A DNA stretch of 64,000 nucleotides from Macrostomum lignano. Taxonomy: Eukaryota. The DNA lies in NCBI GenBank assembly GCA_002269645.1, contig NIVC01000106.1:875502-939501 (forward strand), in the 5' to 3' direction. This document shows positions 59,601 through 64,000 of this stretch, in pieces. The number at the start of each line of letters is the position of its first letter. Positions within the stretch are counted from its first letter, which is position 1. The notes below the pieces were generated by a model that was not told where the DNA came from, searched no databases, and worked only from the letters and a program-made list of their open reading frames with translations. Both the position numbers and the translations under genes were made by a program.

Positions 59601-62600
59601 AAATCCACAGAAATCTCACAGTGACAAATCCACAGAAATCTCACAGTGACAAATCCACAGAAATCTCACAGTGACAAATCCACAGAAATCTCAGTGACAA
59701 ATCCACAGAAATCTCACAGTGACAAATTCACAGAAATCTCACAGTGAAAAATCCACAGAAATCCCATAGTTACAAATCCACAGAAATCCCATAGTGACAA
59801 ATCCACAGAAATCTCACACTGACAAATCCACAGAAATCCGATAGTTACAAATCCACAGAAATCTCACAGTGACAAATCCACAGAAATCCCATAGTGACAA
59901 ATCCACAGAAATCCCATAGTGAAAAATCCAAAGAAATCCCATAGTGACAAATCCACAGAAATCCCATAGTGACAAATCCACAGAAATCCCATAGTGACAA
60001 ATCCCCAGAAGTCCCATAGTGACAAATCCCCAGAAGTCCCATAGTGACAAATCCACAGAAATCCCATAGTGACAAATCCACAGAAATCTCACAGTGACAA
60101 ATCCACAGAAATCCGATAGTTACAAATCCACAGAAATCTCAGAGTGACAAATCCACAGAAATCTCACAGTGACAAATCCAGAGAAATCCCATAGTGACAA
60201 ATCCCCAGAAGTCCCATAGTCATACATGCGCAACAGTCGGCCGAGTCGGCCGATCCGGCCGACCGATTTGGCAGCCAATCAAGGAAGTCGCAAAAATGCC
60301 CACCAGAAAAATACCAAAGTAGTATTACTAAGTAGCTGACGAGGCATTTTGACCTAATAAGACAGTCAAAGTTACTCCTGCCGTTTACCCAAAGTTGCGT
60401 TAATTTTGATTTATTACATGTAAGTCGCATTTTTGGCCAAAAACTACGTCGCATTTTTGTTAAAACTAAGTCGCATGGCCGACCGAATTTTGGAGGTTGC
60501 GCATGTATGCCCATAGTGACAAATCCACAGAAATCTCACAGTGACAAATCCACAGAAATCTCACAGTGACAAATCCACAGAAATCTCACAGTGACAAATT
60601 CACAGAAATCTCACAGTGACAAATCCACAGAAATCTCACAGTGACAAATCCACAGAAATCTCACAGTGACAAATTCACAGAAATCTCACAGTGACAAATC
60701 CACAGAAATCTCACAGTGACAAATCCACAGAAATCTCACAGTGACAAATCCACAGAAATCCCATAGTGACAAATCCACAGAAATCTCACAGTGACAAATT
60801 CACAGAAATCTCACAGTGACAAATCCACAGAAATCCCACAGTGACAAATCCCCAGAAATCCCATAGTGACAAATCCAAAGAAATCCCATAGTGACAAATC
60901 CACAGAAATCCCATAGTGACAAATCCACAGAAATCCCATAGTGACAATCCGCAAACTCCATATTCTAGAACAGTGAATCCAACTAACCGACTGATTCTTT
61001 GGCGTCAGCCATTTCAGCCCGAAACTCTCCGGAAAGATAAGATGCTCTCCAGCCAGAGCCATAGATGAGAAGCTGCCCATAGCAACGTAATCAGCATGCG
61101 CTGACGCTTCGTGCAACAATTCTACATCGTAGTTCCGATTAGACTGCTGCTGACCAGCCGCGGTGTCTCCTCTTTCATTGGAATGTCCTGTACGCAGGTG
61201 GAAGCCAGATTATAATGCTGCCGAGTTAAATTGACAAGGCCGCGAGCCAGAGACTCGCCAGCCTGACAATTGTGCACTGACAGTCGGAGCAGATCGCCAA
61301 ATCGGACGCTGTCCCGTTCTGTCACTCGAGGTTCTGTGCCCAACGGCCTGACGCACACTAGCACCAGGTGACAGTGGTGCACCTGAGTGAATGGTTGCAG
61401 TGAAATTATGATTGAGACTTGTTACTAATAGTAGTAGAAAATCCAAATATACAAAATAACATACTATTTACCGTACAAGAGCTGAAGGGGCGGTTCTTAG
61501 GGACGAATTTAGGGTCGATTCTTAGAGGGGAGTTTAGGGGCGATTCTTAGGGGGGAGTTTAGGGGCGATTCTTAGGGGGAGTTTAGGGGCGATTCTTAGG
61601 GGGAGTTTAGGGGCGATTCTTAGGGGGAGTTTAGGGGCGATTCTTAGGGGGGAGTTTAGGGTCGATTCTTAGGGGGAGTTTAGGGGCGATTCTTAGGGGA
61701 GAGTTTAGGGGCGATTCTTAGGGGGGAGTTTAGGGGCGATTCTTAGGGGGGAGTTTAGGGGCGATTCTTAGGGGGAGTTTAGGGCGATTCTTAGGGACGA
61801 ATTTAGGGGGCGATTCTTAGGGGGGAGTTTAGGGGCGATTCTTAGGGGGGAGTTTAGGGGCGATTCTTAGGGGGAGTTTAGGGGCGATTCTTAGGGGGAG
61901 TTTAGGGGCGATTCTTAGGGGGGAGTTTAGGGGCGATTCTTAGGCGGGAGTTTAGGGCGATTCTTAGGGACGAATTTAGGGGGCGATTCTTAGGGGGAGT
62001 TAAGGGGCGATTATTAGGGGGGAATTTAGGGGCGATTCTTAGGGGGAGTTTAGGGGCGATTCTTAGGGACGAATTTAGGGGGCGATTCTTAGGGGGGAGT
62101 TTAGGGGCGATTCTTAGGGGGAGTTTAGGGGCGATTCTTAGGGGGAGTTTAGGGCGATTCTTAGGGGAGTTTAGGGGCGATTCTTAGGGGGGGGAGTTTA
62201 AAGCGATTCTTAGGGGGGAGTTTAAAGCGATTCTTATGGGGGAGTTTAAAGCGATTCTTAGGGGGGAGTTTAAAGCGATTCTTATGGGGAGTTTAAAGCG
62301 ATTCTTAGGGGGGGAGTTTAAAGCGATTCTTAGGGGGATTCTTAGGGGAGAGTTTAGGGCGATTCTTAGGAGGGAGTTTAGGGGCGATTCTTAGGGACGA
62401 GTTTAGGGGCGATTCTTAGGGGCGAGTTTAGGGGCGATTCTTAGGGACGAGTTTAGGGGCGATTCTTAGGGACGAGTTTAGGGGCGATTCTTAGGGACGA
62501 GTTTAGGGCGATTCTTAGGGACGAGTTTAGGGCGATTCTTAGGGACGAGTTTAGGGGCGATTCTTAGGGACGAGTTTAGGGGCGATTCTTAGGGACGAGT

Positions 62601-63047
62601 TTAGGGGCGATTCTTAGGGACGAGTTTAGGGGCGATTCTTAGGGACGAGTTTAGAGTAAATTCTTAGGGAGGAGTTAAGGGGTGATTATTAGGGAGGAGT
62701 TTAGGGGAAATTCATAGGGAGTTTAGGTGCGATTCTTAGCAACGATTACGATGTAAAACCAGTTTAAACAAATCAAATAGGGCAAACCTGAAATTCCGAA
62801 TAGTTATTAGCCAACTTTGCAGCATTTCGAGTTTTTGTCTCTTTAAAAAGCTCAACGCGAAATCGTTTACAGCCTCGTCGAATCAAAATGGGTCAGGAAT
62901 ACAACACGGGCTCGATTCCTGAGCTGATCTGGCTTGTCTAGCAGAGCGGCCTGTTTGTAGTTAGATACATCAGCATGGTCAGGCACTCGGATATGGCACC
63001 GTTTAGACTGAGACTGCTGTCAACAGGAGCACCTTCGTCGCGAAACA
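56647..63047 (-). CDS. INTS13: Integrator complex subunit 13 / asunder, 3' part, multiply frameshifted as written (5' exons beyond the window)
   Basis: Exons ~63047-62788, 61382-60988, 58329-57612, 57087-56647. Segments NRARVVFLT, HYNLASTCVQDIPMKEE, NYDVELLH, LKWLTP, THMLASHAGDIYLHVL, TDYRTSDF, LYWPLTI, DLYRLLFMELDSML and EFHGRL..LYQHL match my recollection of human INTS13 in order, but across shifting frames. Confidence 0.85.
58345..58560. repeat. ~32-bp tandem repeat at an INTS13 acceptor
   Basis: GTCAGTGACATTTTGAACTCCCAAATCCTGT-like units. Confidence 0.85.
58595..60945. repeat. 25-bp minisatellite in an INTS13 intron
   Basis: AGTGACAAATCCACAGAAATCCCAT units. Confidence 0.96.
60221..60509. 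mobile_element. 289-bp hAT-type MITE inserted in a satellite
   Basis: Perfect 14-bp TIR CATACATGCGCAAC and perfect 8-bp TSD CCCATAGT (60213-60220 / 60510-60517). Confidence 0.92.
61490..62740. repeat. ~24-bp G-rich minisatellite carrying TTAGGG motifs
   Basis: TTAGGGGCGATTCTTAGGGGGAGT units, with two TTAGGG per unit. Confidence 0.95.
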
Positions 63048-63099
63048 CTTTTAACAGTTGGTCGTAGATCTGAAAATTTTTGTTAGAATTGTTCCAGTA

Positions 63100-64000
63100 T
63101 GAAGAAATCGTCTGATCCTCACACTGGGAACTGATGACTGAGGGATGTGACTTTTCTCAGACAGTGGATCTGATGACAGGATTGTGACTCTTCTCAGCCT
63201 AACACTGGGAACTGATGACTGAGGGTTGACTCTTCTCAGTACTGACACTGGGAACTGATGACTGAGGGTTGTGACTCTTCTCAGTACTGACACTGGGAAC
63301 TGATGACTGAGGGTTGTGACTCTTCTCAGTACTGACACTGGGAACTGATGACTGAGGGTTGTGACTCTTCTCAGTACTGACATAGGGATCTGATGACTGA
63401 GGGTTGTGACTCTCAGTCCTGACATAGGATCTGATGACTGAGGGTTGTGACTCTCAGTCCTGACATAGGGATCTGATGACTAAGGGTTGTGACTCTCAGT
63501 CCTGACATAGGGATCTGATGACTGAGGGTTGTGACTCTCAGTCCTGACATAGGGATCTGATGACTAAGGGTTGTGACTCTGAGTACTGACACTGGGAACT
63601 GATGACTGAGGGTTGTGACTCTTCTCAGTACTGACACTGGGATCTGCTGACTGAGGGTTGTGACTCTCAGTCCTGACATAGGGATCTGATGACTGAGGGT
63701 TGTGACTCTCAGTCCTGACATAGGGATCTGATGACTGAGGGTTGTGACTCTCAGTCCTGACATAGGGATCTGATGACTGAGGGTTGTGACTCTCAGTCCT
63801 GACATAGGGATCTGATGACTGAGGGTTGTGACTCTCAGTCCTGACATAGGGATCTGATGACTAAGGGTTGTGACTCCTGAGTACTGACACTGGGAACTGA
63901 TGACTGAGGGTTGTGACTATTAGTCCTGACATAGGGATCTGATGACTAAGGGTTGTGACTCTGAGTACTGACACTGGGAACTGATGACTGAGGGTTGTGA
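63100..64000. repeat. ~36-39-bp minisatellite running off the window end
   Basis: CTGATGACTGAGGGTTGTGACTCTCAGTCCTGACATAGGGAT-like units. Confidence 0.93.

Noticed and set aside
61490-62740. True telomere or chromosome end
   Set aside because: The units are 24-bp composites rather than tandem TTAGGG, and they are flanked by INTS13 exons on both sides.

Overview
Eukaryotic (animal) genomic DNA: GC-rich GT-AG spliced exons separated by AT-rich introns, many of them filled by a locus-specific 20-41 bp minisatellite. This style resembles a Macrostomum-type flatworm genome (inference only). Genes reconstructed by hand: a 9-exon ankyrin-repeat protein (+, 300-9082); a candidate secreted prohormone-like exon (-); an intronless 185-aa Gly-rich unknown protein (-); a divergent Rab11-like GTPase (-); a single-pass membrane protein exon (-); a complete 11-exon HACL1 (-); a MARK/PAR-1 kinase (-); an intronless rpl13a with a 1-nt frameshift (-); and the 3' part of INTS13/asunder with many frameshifts (-). 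The most striking element is a 2-exon gene nested antisense in HACL1 intron 7. It fuses a 3-hydroxyacyl-CoA-dehydrogenase NAD-binding domain, whose catalytic His is replaced by Arg, to a C-terminal RING-HC finger, making it a candidate NAD(H)/acyl-CoA-sensing E3 ligase. The window also holds several hAT-type MITEs with 8-bp TSDs (one co-amplified with a satellite into a ~570-bp higher-order repeat), a mariner relic and SINE-like elements. All exon coordinates were read by eye; no searches were run.
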